This document shows positions 22,614 to 40,508 of a DNA stretch of 64,000 nucleotides, piece by piece. This stretch comes from Octopus sinensis (taxonomy: Eukaryota). The position numbers were made by a program, and so were the translations under genes. The first letter of the stretch is position 1, and each line of letters opens with the position of its first letter. The notes under the pieces are model-generated. The model was not told the origin of the DNA. It saw nothing but the letters and a program-made list of their open reading frames with translations, and did no database searches. The stretch spans positions 84,940,001 to 85,004,000 of the forward strand of contig NC_042998.1 in the NCBI RefSeq assembly GCF_006345805.1, read 5' to 3'.

Positions 22614-24800
22614 CCTTAAATCCTTTAAAATGTTTTAGCCCGAAGGCCGCGGCCATGCAGGGGCATCACCGCTGAATGAGCTACACTAATATGTGAATCC
22701 ACCTCTGATACGTGGCACTTGATCAACAAGGGAGTTCGATGCTGCTGCCCGCATCTGCGTCTCCTGTCGTGAGGTAGGTTCATCTGGGACTCCCGACAAG
22801 AAGAGATCCAGTTTAGTTTTAAAGAAACCCACATCCACACCATGTAAGTCTCTCAGGCATTTAGGGAGGATGTTAAAGAGCTGTGGTCCTCTGAAACCCA
22901 AGCTGTTGCAGTATCTGGTCCTGTATTTTGATGGTGATGTTGGAATCTTTGGCACCATGCAGTGGCGCCTCGTTCTGCGGTTGGAGTAACTTTGAATGCC
23001 AAAGTTTGGGACAAGACCCTCCAGGATTTTCCAGATGTATATCACCGCATATCTCTCCCGCCTCCGCTCTAGGGAGAAGAGGTTTAATACTTTCAGTCTT
23101 TCCCAGTAGCTGATATTTTGCATTGAGACGATCTTTGTGTAGCTTCCCTGAATTGCTTCGAGTTCTGCTGTTAGTTTTATATTGTGTGGTGACCATAGTT
23201 GGGAGCAGTAGCCCAAGCGGCTGAGGACGAATGTTTTCCAGAGGACCATCAGTGTCTCCTCTCTTGTTCTGAAAGTTCGGAGAATCCATCCAGCTAGCCG
23301 TCTGCATTTTATCACCAGATTAGTAATATGCACTTGGAAAGATGCATCATTGCCCATGTCATTGCCTAGGTCACGCACTGATTTTGACTCAGGGATTGCA
23401 ATTCTTCCTGGGCCAGTGTATCCAGTCTGCACGTCGTTTACCGTTGTGTGCCGGTAGCGCAGGGCCTGGAACATACCTGCATTAAACTGCATGTTGTCCT
23501 CCGCCCACCTGTATATTTTATCCAACTCCTGTTGCAGATGCGCAATATTTTCAGGGTTTTGTATTGTGTGGGAGACTTTTGTGTCATCTGCATAGCTAGC
23601 AAAGGTGGCCATCGTAGCAACTGAAGGCATGTCTGAAAGGACCACTATGAACAGCAGTGGCCCCAAGACAGTGCCCTGTGGAACACCGCTTGTTATTTGT
23701 GTTTCCTTGGAGGCGGCTCCATTGCTCACAACTGCCTGTCTTCAGTCTTTTAGGAAGTTGTGCAGCCACTCTCCAAGTTTTCCGCCTATGCCGAGACCAC
23801 GCAGTTTGTGACAGATCATACCATGGTCGACTTTATCAAAGGCTTTTGCAAAGTCGAGATATATTACATCCACATTTGAGCCATTTAGTAACTGTTTTAA
23901 CACCCAGTCATAGTGTTGCAGGAGATGTGTTAGGCAGCTTTTACCTGGTCGAAATCCATGCTGGGTATCAGACAGCAAGTCATTTTCTTCAAAGAACATG
24001 ATTAGTTTCTTGCGGACTATTCGTTCCATGACTTTGCTGATGTGTGACGTCAGAGAGATAGGCCTATAATTTTTAGCATCTGCTCTGCTACCTCCCTTAT
24101 GGATAGGGCATATTACCCCCTCTTTCAATTTGACTAGGAGCTTACCACTTGCAAGAAAGCTCTGAAAAAGAAGCTGTAGCGGTTTTGCAAGGGCTCGTTT
24201 GCACGATTTGAGAAGGATCGCTGGAAATCATCAGGTCCAGCAGCTGAGTTTGTGTCAATCTCATCTATGGTGTGTGATATCATCATCTTCAATGTTGATG
24301 TACTCAATTTTTGCCTCTTTGGCCGCAGGTAAAGTGGCAAAGAATTCTTCTGGGTTGTTTACTTACCTGTGTCCCAGAGGTGTAGTGAACACACTTTGGA
24401 ATTGTTCGTTCAGTATTTCACTTATCCTCGTGGTATTTCCTGTGAGAGAGCCATCTTTTTGGAAGAGAGGTCCTATTCTCTGGTGTACTGTGGCTGTCTC
24501 TTTGGAAAACTTAAAGAAAGCTTTAGGGTTTGATTTTATATTTTCTATTACCCAAACTTCTTTATCTGCTCTCTCCTTTTCATGGTATTGATGCAGATTT
24601 TTCTCAATTTCCATTAGCATTCTCTCGAGCCGAGACTTCTCACCACTTTTGGTGTGCTTGCTCAGGCGGTTCGCAATCCTTGTCCGTCGTCTCATAAGAA
24701 TCCTCCTTTCTCTAGGGATCCTGTTTTTGTTTTTGTGTGTGCTGGCCCTGTACACTGGGACATATTTGTCACATATGGCTTGTATTATGGACATGAAGTG
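22612..24800 (-). pseudogene. 5'-truncated CR1-clade LINE (RT and 3' end), disrupted
   Basis: NYRPISLTSHISKVMERIV, QHGFRPGKSC, YLDFAKAFDKVDH, GVPQGTVLGPLLF, YADDTK, SLERRRER; tail TTTAAAGGATTTAAGGATTTT. Confidence 0.92.
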
Positions 24801-24809
24801 TTTGTGTTT

Positions 24810-25144
24810 CATGTTAATGTCCGGTACGCATGCACACATACATACGTACATGCATACATACACGCATAAATACATATATACATACATACATATATACATA
24901 CATATATACATACATACAACATACATACATATATACATACATACAACCTACATACATATATACATACATACATACATACATACATACATACATACATACA
25001 TACATACATACATACAACGTACATACACACATACATACATACATACATACAACATGCATACATACATACATAGATACATACATACATATACATACATACA
25101 TACATACATACATGCATACATACATACATGCATGCATACATACA

Positions 25145-25176
<32 letters not shown>

Positions 25177-25215
25177 CATACATACATACATACATACATA
25201 CATACTTACATATAT
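24810..25215 (+). repeat. ~400-bp imperfect (TACA)n microsatellite
   Basis: Directly visible. Confidence 0.95.
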
Positions 25216-25566
25216 GTTCGCTGTAATGTTCCATTATACTTAACAAGTAATAACATACTGGTATATCTTTTTCTTCTGCTTCTGACGAGATTCTCCTTTA
25301 TAAAATGATTCAGTTTTTACAACTATAATCTTTAAAGTATGACTCGAAACATCTGTTAGAGATCATGTTCATTTTTGCAGTTAATAAATATACGTATTAA
25401 TTGATGTATCTCCATTTTCTTATTTTTCTTGAATAAATATAAACCTTGGTTTATCTAATTACCTATTATTCATGAGTATAGCAATTAATATTCACAACAA
25501 ATCCTAGTAAAGAACCAGTAACTCACTGTATCCCTTAATGAGGCTTAGCCGACCTCTAATAGAACT

Positions 25567-25697
<131 letters not shown>

Positions 25698-25702
25698 TAT
25701 AC

Positions 25703-26826
25703 AGATTTGATGTCATATAACTTGACTTCAGTAAAGCGTTCGACAAGGTTGACCATAATATCTTACTCTCAAAATCGGTAAATGTTGGAATCCGTGGAAA
25801 AAATCTACACTGGATTGAATATTTCCTGGCGAATAGAACAGAACATGTTGTGGTCGATGAAGTCCACTCAAGCCCAGCAAAAGTCACCAGTGGTGTCCCT
25901 CAGGGGACTGTCTTGGGCTCGCTCCTCTTTATAATTTACATAAACGTCCTTTCCAGCGTTGTAAAACACTGCAAAGTGAAAATATTTGCTGATGACACTA
26001 AGCTCCAACAAATCATCAATGAAGAAGAAGACCGAATTCAACTCCAGTCTGATCTATATGTGGTGAGTCAATGGGCAAAACAAAATCAAAATGCAACTAA
26101 ACGAGGAGAATTTGAGCTAATGCATTTTGGAAGAAAGACTATACTAAAATAGCAATAATCTCTTCCTTCAGGGTAACCGCTCGCAGCATCTAATAATATC
26201 AGAGACCTAGGAGTAATTGTTGATAACAATCTCAGTTGGAGTGCCGATATCAACAATAAGGTCGATATAGCTCGGAGGATCTTAAGAACGGTCTAGAGAA
26301 CAAGGTGTCATCATTCCACTTTTCTCCTTTGTGCGGCCATATCTCGAATACTGCTTCCCCCTGTGGTCTCCCCATACAAAACAAAGAATCTCGAAAATTG
26401 AATCACCCCAAAGAGCATTCACTAAACGAATTAAGGGCATGACTGATCTCGATTACTGGGACCGCCTTAAAGCCTTAAAACTCAACTCTGTGCAGCACCG
26501 CCGCGAGCGGTACATCATTTGTACGATGAATATACCGCTAGCATTGCTCAAACGACCTGAACGTGTAGATTTTCAAGGTTCATCCAAGGCTGGGACCACG
26601 GGCCATACATCCCCTGCCCAATTCCGGATTACAACATATAAGTACACTGCGTCACAATTTCTTTTCCTCAATAGACCCTGCCTGCCCTGTTTAACATTGT
26701 CCCAAAACTGATCAAAATAGGAAAAGGATCCCATCATCTTTAAATGGAGACTGAACAAATTTCTTCAAGGAATACCATATAAGCCACCCATATCTGGATA
26801 CAACTCATTCAACAAGAACTCACTAC
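25703..26826 (+). pseudogene. Second CR1-clade LINE RT fragment, decayed
   Basis: LDFSKAFDKVDH, GVPQGTVLGSLLF, FADDTKL, VRPYLEYC..WSP, SVQHRRERY. Confidence 0.88.
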
Positions 26827-26859
<33 letters not shown>

Positions 26860-27171
26860 ACAATTTAGGAGTGACCCTAACAGGTCACTCGTCCACCAGA
26901 AAGAGCAGCCATAACTCACACCGCCAAGTAGTAGTAATTCAGAAATTAGGTGAAAATTTAAAAACATTTACCCTAATTCATCTTTTAGACGTTGCAACGT
27001 TTCTGTGTCATTAATGATTAAATTAGCTTAATTAAATTAAATTAAGCTGTTAGGGTCACTCCTAAATTGTTATATTTATATATTTAGTCGATGACTATTT
27101 TCTCTTTCCACCAGGCCGCTGGTAGCGATAATTTCTATTGAATTTTTTTGCTACCCTAAATTGACTAATTG

Positions 27172-27276
<105 letters not shown>

Positions 27277-27308
27277 GTATATATATATACATATACATAC
27301 ATACATAC

Positions 27309-27347
<39 letters not shown>

Positions 27348-27408
27348 TATACATATATATATATATGTATATATATACATATATATATTCTATATTGATA
27401 TAGAATAT

Positions 27409-27850
27409 AGGCGCCGGAGTGGCTGTGTGGTAAGTAGCTTGCTTGCCAATCGCATGGTTCCAGTTTTAGTCCCACTGCGTGGCACCTTGGGTAAGTGTCT
27501 TTTACTGTAGCCTCGGGCTGACCAAAGCCTTGTGAGTGGACTTGGTACATGGAAACTAAAAGAAGCCTGCCGTATATGTAAGTATGTATGTATGTATGAA
27601 TGTATGTATGTATGTATGTATGAATGTATGTATGTATGTATGTATGTATGTTATGTATGTATGTTATGTATGTATGTATATGCTTGTGAGTCTGTGTTTG
27701 TCCCCGTAACTTAGCGGTTCGGCAAAAAAGGCCGAAAGAATAAGTACTAGGCTTACAAATAATAAGTCCTGGAGGCGATTTGCTCGACGAAAGGCGGTGC
27801 TCCAGCATGGTCGCAGTCAAATGACTGAAACAAATTAAAGACTAAAAGTA
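27409..27850 (+). mobile_element. SINE family A copy with internal (TATG)n
   Basis: Head GGAGTGGCTGTGTGGTAAG; tail GACTGAAACAAATTAAAG. Confidence 0.9.
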
Positions 27851-27899
27851 CACATAAGACGCGCGCGGAGCCCCATGAACACGTTGCTTCCAAGAAAAC

Positions 27900-32230
<4,331 letters not shown>

Positions 32231-32373
32231 TATATATATATAGTTGTATACATTATACTGTATGTTTGTGTATCTAAAATATGTATGCGTGTCACTAAGA
32301 TGACTGTTTGTCAATATGACGTGAATGCATCAGATATACTATGGTGTAAGCACATTTTACATGCCAATATGTT

Positions 32374-32774
32374 AAAGCGGCGAGCTGGCAGAATCGTTAG
32401 CACGCCAGGTGAACTGCTTAGCGGTATTTCGTCTGCCGCTACGTTCTGAGTTCAAATTCCTCCGAGGTCGACTTTGCCTTTCATCCTTTCGGGGTCGATT
32501 AAATAAGTACCAGTTACGCACTGGTGTCGATATAATCGACTTAATCCGTTTGTCTGTCCTCGTTTGTCCCCTCAGTGTTTAGCCCCTTGTAGGTAGTAAA
32601 GAAATAGGTATTTCGTCTGTCTTTACGTTCTGAGTTCAAATTCCTCCGAGGTCACTTTGCCTTTCATCCTTTCGGGGTCGATAAATTAAGTACCAGCTGC
32701 GTACTGAGTCGATCTAATCGACTAACCTCCTCCTAACTAAAATTTCGGGCCTTGTGCCTAGAGTAGAAAAGCAT
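32374..32774 (+). mobile_element. Dimeric SINE family B (full left monomer plus head-truncated right monomer)
   Basis: Body GTTCTGAGTTCAAATTCC..GCCTTTCATCCTTTCGGGGTCGAT occurs twice with different 3' ends; the same junction occurs at 60988..61325. Confidence 0.85.
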
Positions 32775-32887
32775 ATAAATAGATATTATATCCATTCATT
32801 CACACTCACACACACTAATAAACAGGGGCATAAAGTTATGCGGAAAATTTACGCTTATGCGAATATAACAAGTTACCGTCTGCATCT

Positions 32888-33111
32888 GGGTACTATTTAA
32901 GAAGAGTGGTCCCGGTGTGCGCCCTCGCGTACTCGCGCATCCGCGCTAGCTAGTCGTGACTTGTCGATCCTACAAGACTACCGAGCAAAGTAAATAAAAC
33001 ACAAAATAATTTTTTTTACACAAAGTAAGGATCGATTAGTCACGACTAGCTAGTGCGGATGCGTGAGTACGCGAGTGCGCGCACCGGGACCACTCTTCTT
33101 AAATAGTACCC
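32888..33111. mobile_element. 224-bp CpG-rich MITE with ~84-bp inverted arms
   Basis: GGGTACTATTTAAGAAGAGTGGTCCCGGTG... / ...CACCGGGACCACTCTTCTTAAATAGTACCC. Confidence 0.8.
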
Positions 33112-33593
33112 TGTATTTGTATGTGTTTATAATCACATATGTGTATGTAAAGTATTTGATGGCATACAGGGCGCACTTCGGTTTCTCCACAAAATATCTC
33201 GAAGAAATATATGCGATGTCGGGCCTGTATTGCATGTTTTTATGCATGAAACTTTTTCCTGAATATGCGTTGTTGAAATTGAGTTACATCTAATGCTTGT
33301 GTGTGCGCGCGCGCGCGCGCGTGCGTGCGTGTGACTGTAAGATTCAGGTTTTTTTATTCATTTCCTGAGGAAACCTTCTCACTCTTCTAATATCAGTGAT
33401 GGAACCTGGGAAAGGGATTTATTGATACAACACCAGGAGAGATTGTGGTGTCGAAGAATGTGCAGTATTTTGCGCAGGTGGTTCATATGGGCCCAATTAA
33501 ACTTCATGACACGTTATTGCCTGTGTGTAAAACAAACATAAACGCGTGCGGGCCTGAGTATGTGTTTATATATATATATATATTAATATATAG

Positions 33594-33640
<47 letters not shown>

Positions 33641-33705
33641 GTATATGTATTCGCTGCCACAAGCTATGGTATTTTTAATAGTACTATCGCTCTTATATAT
33701 ATATA

Positions 33706-33898
33706 TTCTTTTATTTGTTTCAGTCATTTGAATGTGGCAATGCTGGAACACCGCCTTTAGTCGAGCAAATCGACCCCAGTACTTATTCTTTGTAAGCCCA
33801 GTACTTACTCTATCGGTCTCTTTTGCTGAACCGCTAAGTTACGGGGACGTAAACACACCAACATCAAGCGATGGTGGGGGATAAACACATACACACAA

Positions 33899-33930
<32 letters not shown>

Positions 33931-34117
33931 ATACACACATACATATACATATATACGACGGGCTTCTTTCAGTTTCCGTCTACCAAATCCACTCACAAGG
34001 TTTTGGACGGCCCGAGGCTATAGTTGAAGACACTTGCCCAAGGTGCCACGCAGTGGGACTGAACCCGGAACCATGTGGCTGGTAAGCAACCTAAGTACCA
34101 CACAGCCACTCCTACGC

Positions 34118-34120
<3 letters not shown>
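33706..34120 (-). mobile_element. SINE family A copy
   Basis: Similarity to 6606..7019. Confidence 0.9.
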
Positions 34121-34166
<46 letters not shown>

Positions 34167-34399
34167 TGTGTGTGTGTGTGTGTATGTGTGTATGTATGCA
34201 TATGTGTGTTTGCGTGTGCGCGTGTGTGTGTAACTTTTGCGATTGAATAAAACCTGTAAGAGTTAGAATAAGACATTACAATTTATTAAATTTAAGAATG
34301 AACCTGTTATTTTATTCATTTGCCATTTGATTTCAAAGATCTGTTCTTTAGAGCTGGCTCTCGTACCTCCACTACTCAGGCTCCCTCGACCCACTCGTC

Positions 34400-34535
34400 T
34401 TCCCATTTTTCGTCTGGGGTCGATAAATAAAGTACCAGTTTCGCACTGGGGGCGATATAATCGACTTAATCCCTTCGTCTGTCCTTGTTTGTCCCCTCTA
34501 TGTTTAGCCCCTTGTGGGCAGTAAAGAAATATATT
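34400..34535 (+). mobile_element. SINE family B 3' part
   Basis: GGGGTCGATAAATAAAGTACCAG...AGCCCCTTGTGGGCAGTAAAGAAATA. Confidence 0.75.
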
Positions 34536-35071
34536 TTTCGTCACACTTGTTATGACCATCATTCCTCCCAGCCCCGCACTAAGCACTTTCCCACTCCTTG
34601 CTCCGCCGATCGTCGACCCTCTGGAATGTTCTCGCTCATGTCTTTCCTGCAGGTGTCATCCGCAGCTGTTTTAAATGGAACATTAACGGCATTAAGGTCA
34701 CGAAGGTCCTATAAAAATGAGGGGCACTTCCCCTTCTTCCAGCCACGGCAAGACAAATAATATAAAATCAACAAGATGTTGCACCCTCGAGCCGTTGTCG
34801 ACCCGGGCGGCTGCTCCACCTGCTAGTAACTTCATCTGGCTCTCTTTGTAAGATCTTCTGTTTGGTCTGCTAGCTGAGACCTTACCACATACAGACATGC
34901 TGGTCTTGGCAATTCTACTACTGACTCTGTAGTCCTTCGTGGACAATTCCATTCTCGAGAGAGTAGGCAGGTAGCTAAGATAGATCAATTTATTAACTCT
35001 ACGAAATCTGGTTTTTGACCGCAATTAGGACGTCACATACTCTTTATGAAGAGTGTTTGTTTGTGTGTATA

Positions 35072-35102
<31 letters not shown>

Positions 35103-37370
35103 TAATAGCTGAAAGCATCGTAGGCAGATGAGAACCAGTTCATGCATTTAGACTCCGAGTTGCCCGCACTGAGATAACAGTCATCCACTACCAAGAACTC
35201 GCACATGATATCTCTTCCTTCATTTTGGTTTCAGCCCAGACTCTCCACGGGTTGTAGAGCTTGTTGTCAGTAAGACAGAGTGTGGTAAAGACGCTCTTCC
35301 TGTCTTGGAATACACCAGTCGGTGTGGTTGAAAACATGCTGAAAAAGTGCGGGTACCAGCATACAGTATTTTTTTAATCACTTACATACAAGCAGACATT
35401 CATGTCTGCACACACATACATACACATATATGTACACATGAGAGAGAGAGAAAGAGAGGGGGGACGGAGGCAATCGAAAGAAACTATCACATACCATGAA
35501 GATAGAGCTATTAGTGTCATGCGAATCCGAGCAAGCTCAAGCTGATAGTGACGATGTTTACTACACACACACACACACTGATTATATTATTTTCATAATC
35601 CCGTAACTTTTTTTCTCTTTCTACATTTACTGAAATTTCTTTCTCTGATTTATTTCCTTCATTTTTTTTTTCAATTTTTTTTTTACCATCTTTCATTTTT
35701 TTTCCTTACTTTCCTTCTTCCTAACTACTTTCCCCACCTTAATATAATCTTCTTACCATTATTTCTTTCGTTCAGTAAATCTTTCTGAATATGCGTTATT
35801 CCACTCATTCCTTCTATCTGTCAATTTCATCTTCTACCAATCTTTGTTTATCATATTCTACCGCTCCGTCATATTTTCTACCATTCCTGTTATTTTCTAC
35901 CATTTTTTCTTTTTCTTTTCTTTTTTATGGTCTACCATTCTTTCTTTTGTTCTTTCTTACACCGTGTCTTTCATCATCTTTAATCTCTTTCTCTCTAGTT
36001 CTATCTCTCCTTTCACATGCTTTAGTCTTTCATTAAATCTCCTTCTCTCATCCTCCCTCTGTCTCTCCAACTCTTCCACAATCCCCCCGCTCTCTCTCAT
36101 TTGCTTACTTCAATTCTAGGCTCACTCTTTCTCTCCTTTCCCCCTCTCTCTCAATGCACTGAAGATGCTCAGATTACTCAGTTTAAGTGCTGTGTCGACG
36201 ACATTGGATCAGAGAAAGAGAGAGAGAGAGAATGAGAGAGAAAGAGAGAATGAGAGAGAAAGAGAGAATGAGAGAGAAAGAGAGAGAGAGAGAAAGTGTG
36301 CGTGTGTGTTTGTGTGCGAGAGAGAGAGAGAGAGAGGGAGAGAGAGATGTAGGTATATTGTTGAAACCAAGTATTTAAAATGTCTGCTTAATCAAGGTAG
36401 AAGCGAGCCAGTGCAAAACAATGTAATTTTCCATTAATTGTCGTTACTGTTGTTGTTATTGCTAGTCCCAGGTCAGCCCTGATGAAAAAAACCTTGTGAT
36501 CTAAGGCGCTCCAGCCATAGCCACTCTACTTCATTTTCTTTGACTACATTGTCTAATGCATCCATCCTTTCGTAAGATAATAGTTGTGATATGAGGAAAA
36601 TTTGACTGCTATTCCTAGCTTGTCAAGCAGCTACATAACTCATAGCAGTAATAGTTGTTGTTGTTTAGTGTCGGGTCACTTTGATCAAATGTGTTCCGGT
36701 TGTGACCATTACGTTTTCTGTTCAGGCAATAATATCCAGTGTGTCCTTCCTTCTTCTGAAGACTAACGTGTGATAGGATAGAGATTCTAATGTTGAGCGA
36801 TTGATTGATGGTGTAGATCAATGGTTCTTGGCCATTTTTTTAGTCCCCCTTTCCTAAATTACCTAAATTATCAATTATATATTGAGGTCAGTTGTCAGTT
36901 CAACAGACAGTTTCGAAATTTATCTTAAGCCCAAGTTCTAAGAAAAAAGCATTACCAATGACATCAGATAAAAAACACGTGTTGTTTTTCTTCACCCCTT
37001 CTTTATAGGGGCTTCCATCGGTCAGTGGTGATTATGCATCTGCACGTGTGTATCCAGACCTGGATAAGATTATTTTCTAGGAAGACTATCGTGGAAGTCT
37101 TCAATCTCTACGCTGCCGATGTTTATTCAAAGGAAAGGACACTGACTCTACTCACTATAGTCTGGCACCTGTGTCGTTTTGCACGCTTTGCTTCAGAATA
37201 CAAAGAGTCAGAACTAATACCGCAAAACATCTCATCCCACCCTTTAACGGGTCTACCAGTCCATTGCCTTTGATCGATGCTCTTTTTCTAAATCTCTCTG
37301 ATAATCGACATCACGTGGAACAATGCTCTTCCTATTAAAAAAAGATGATCAACATCATCTCATTTGAGCA

Positions 37371-37767
37371 ACTCTTTTACTCTTTTACTTGTTTCAGTCA
37401 TTTAATTGTGGCCATGTTGGAGCACCGCCTTTAGCCGAGCAAATCGACCACAGAACTTATTCTTTGTAACCCCAGTACTTATTCTATCGGTCTCATCTGC
37501 CGAACCGCCAAGCTACGGGGACGCAGACACACCAGCATCGATTGTCAAGTGATGTTGGGGAGACAAACACAGACACACAAACATATACACACACATACAT
37601 ATACATATATACGACGGGCTTCTTTCAGTTTCCGTCTACCAAATCCACTCACAAGGCTTTGGTCGGCCCGAGGCTATAGTAGAATACACTTGCCCAAGGT
37701 GCCACGCAGTGGAACTGAATCCGGAACCATGTGGTTGGTAAGCAAGCTACTTACCACACAGCCACTC
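37371..37767 (-). mobile_element. SINE family A copy
   Basis: Similarity to 6606..7019. Confidence 0.9.
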
Positions 37768-38421
37768 GATGGGTCTTTTTCTCTTTTTCTTGGTCATGGC
37801 GATGAAGATCCAATTCACTAAAACGACCAAGATGACCGAGAGAAAGTTGACAAGACAGCACAGGCCTGTTTTGGGGTTCCGGGAAATGAGGTTTGTTTTC
37901 TCAAAAAAAGTGGCCTTTTAATTTTTTTAATTTTTTTAGGGAGGGATCCTCCACATAATCATTGGTCCTGCTTCAGTTCTCTTGAAGCCTGGGACAGTCT
38001 ACCGTTTGCTCCCCATTATTATAGGGTCGGAAAATGACTATTACTTTATTTTCACATTGTAGCATTATACCTACGTTTCATCTCCAGTTATGACATTTTT
38101 TTTAGAAAGTTTTCATCATCATTCGAACCATCAAACAACTCTTAACTGACTGTAACTCGGTACTCTTTTTATTCATGTCAACCAACTTTTGTGATAACAA
38201 GGTAGATCGTTTATTTTACTTTAAAATCCTATGGTTCAGACTTTTACAAATGCATTTACTTGTTAGGAAAGGTCATGGAGAGTCAAACAACGGTTTTTCG
38301 TGGATGATAGCACATACTTTCGCAATGTTATCGTCGTCCATTATCATGAGAATGTTATCCAAATTTGGGACTCCGTTTCAATGAACGTTCATCCCGTTTT
38401 GTAGTATTAATAATACTCGTC

Positions 38422-38640
38422 AGGCGGTAAGCTAGCAGAATCATTAGCACGCCGGACAAGATGTTTAGCAGTATTTCATCTGTCTTTACGTTCTGAGTTC
38501 AAGTGCAGTCGAGGTCGACTTTGCCTTTTATCCTTTCGGGATCGATAGAATAAGTACCAGTTACACACTGTGGTCGATGTAATCGACTAACCCCTCCCCT
38601 GTATTTCCTGGCTTTGTGCTAAAATTTCAAACCAGTATTG
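38422..38640 (+). mobile_element. SINE family B copy
   Basis: Head AGGCGGTAAGCTAGCAGAATC; body as in other copies. Confidence 0.8.
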
Positions 38641-38914
38641 GTAATGCACATGACATTTTTTTTATGTGCTCAAGCAATCCCCTTACTAGGCTTGTTTCAG
38701 CATGGGGAAAGTCTCTGTAAAAATCTATTTTAAACGAATTTGACATAAACGCGTCGCTCTTCTAAATTTTTTATTGTCCAATTTGCGACAGAGTTCCGAG
38801 TGAACCAGACGTGTAGATAATTAACTATCAGACATGGTATGATGTGGCTACTCTAAGACAGAAGTTCAAGTTCACTCATACACAGCATTGTATTTGAGAG
38901 CACACTATGTCAGC

Positions 38915-38973
38915 TGGTTGGCTTTACTTTCAAAATCCGGTTTATTTCAGGACACACCTCATATATATATGTA

Positions 38974-39049
<76 letters not shown>

Positions 39050-39091
39050 AGGTGTGTCCTGAAATAAACCGGATTTTGAAAGTAAAGCCAA

Positions 39092-39094
<3 letters not shown>
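38915..39094. repeat. Perfect 49-bp inverted repeat flanking a (TA)/(TG)n microsatellite; mariner-like termini face inward
   Basis: 38915..38963 is the exact reverse complement of 39046..39094 (TATGAGGTGTGTCCTGAAATAAACCGGATTTTGAAAGTAAAGCCAACCA). Confidence 0.85.
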
Positions 39095-39129
<35 letters not shown>

Positions 39130-39481
39130 CAAAATGTATAGTATTAAATATCCATCACGGTTGGTCTTACGAATCGTTTTAGTGTAAAAAATACAACGGA
39201 GTGTTAGGTAACAAACCGACTATATAACTGTACGCTCATCGTAGTTAGCCGATATGGAAGGGAATATGGCGACTGCTCTCCATCTTCGAAGGTGGATTAG
39301 GACAATAGGTTAGCGGCTTCTGTGAAAAAGGTGGTGAAATGAAAAAGGGGCCAGAGGATTAGTTTAGGAGTTATATCTCTTGGTTGGGTATGCTGTGAAG
39401 CCGGCAATAGTTATCTTGAAGTGGGGGAAGTGTGTATTATTAATGTGGTGCTCCTGTGGGGATGGAGTATATGGTATTTGT

Positions 39482-39720
39482 AGCGGCGAGCTGGCAGAAA
39501 CGTTAGCACGCCGGGCGAAATGCTTAGCGGTATTTCGTCTGCGTTACGTTGTGAGTTCAAATTCCGCCGAGGTCGACTTTGCCTTTCATCCTTTCGGGGT
39601 CGATAAATTAAGTACCAGTTACGTACTGGGGTCGATGTAATCGACTTAATACCTATGTCTGTCCTTGTTTGTCCCCTCTGTGTTTAGCCCCTTGTGGGTA
39701 ATAAAGAAATAGGTATTTGT
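39482..39720 (+). mobile_element. SINE family B copy (left-monomer type)
   Basis: GCGGCGAGCTGGCAGAAACGTTAGC...GAAATAGGTATTT. Confidence 0.9.
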
Positions 39721-40508
39721 AGCGGTATCTTATGTATAATTTCTTCTTAGGGTGTAGGTGTATATAACTGTGTTCGTTGGTCTGTTTTCTTTCTCTAAAG
39801 GATAAAGTCGATGAGGTGGGGGCTATGTTAGCGTGCGGTATGTGTGAGGGGCTCTGTATATGTGGGGGTACACTTTGTGTGAAGGGGTATATGTTGTGGG
39901 GTGGGAACAGTTTATTTTGTAGGGTGTCCACCTTATAGGGATGTGTGCGTGTGTGTACATAGGTGCCTTGGTGTATGTTTTGATCAAACACTTTTTGCTG
40001 GGCTCAAGGGCATTGATGGAAGGTCGGGGCAGGGGACCTGTGGTTGCAGTCATGGTGGGGCGCGCAGGTACGATAAAATGCACTTACTTTCATGCAGGTA
40101 TGGATTAAACACCCCACTCCTGCTATTCAGGTAAACATCCAAGCATCGGATACCTTTTAAAATCGTTCTATCCAACTGGCCTTCACACAATTTCCGCTTA
40201 CAAACTCCACTCACAACACACGGCTATAATAAAAGGCACCTGCCCAAAATGCCGCTGGATGAGATCGAACCCAGAACTACGTGGTTACGAAAGGAATCAA
40301 TTTTGTTCCCTATTTGTTTTTACACCTTTCTATTATTTGCATAGTGGTTGCTTATGATAGACGCTGTCTTCCCCGACGGATTATATATTTTTCTCTGTCA
40401 TTCACCCTCCATTCCTCGTTATCTCTCTTTCTCTTTATGTACACATACACACACACACACATACACCTATATATATGGATAGTTACATATATATATATAT
40501 ATATATAT

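Noticed and set aside
39170-40080. G/T-skewed region split by a SINE, possibly a LINE 3' end
   Set aside because: No diagnostic protein motif could be read in any frame
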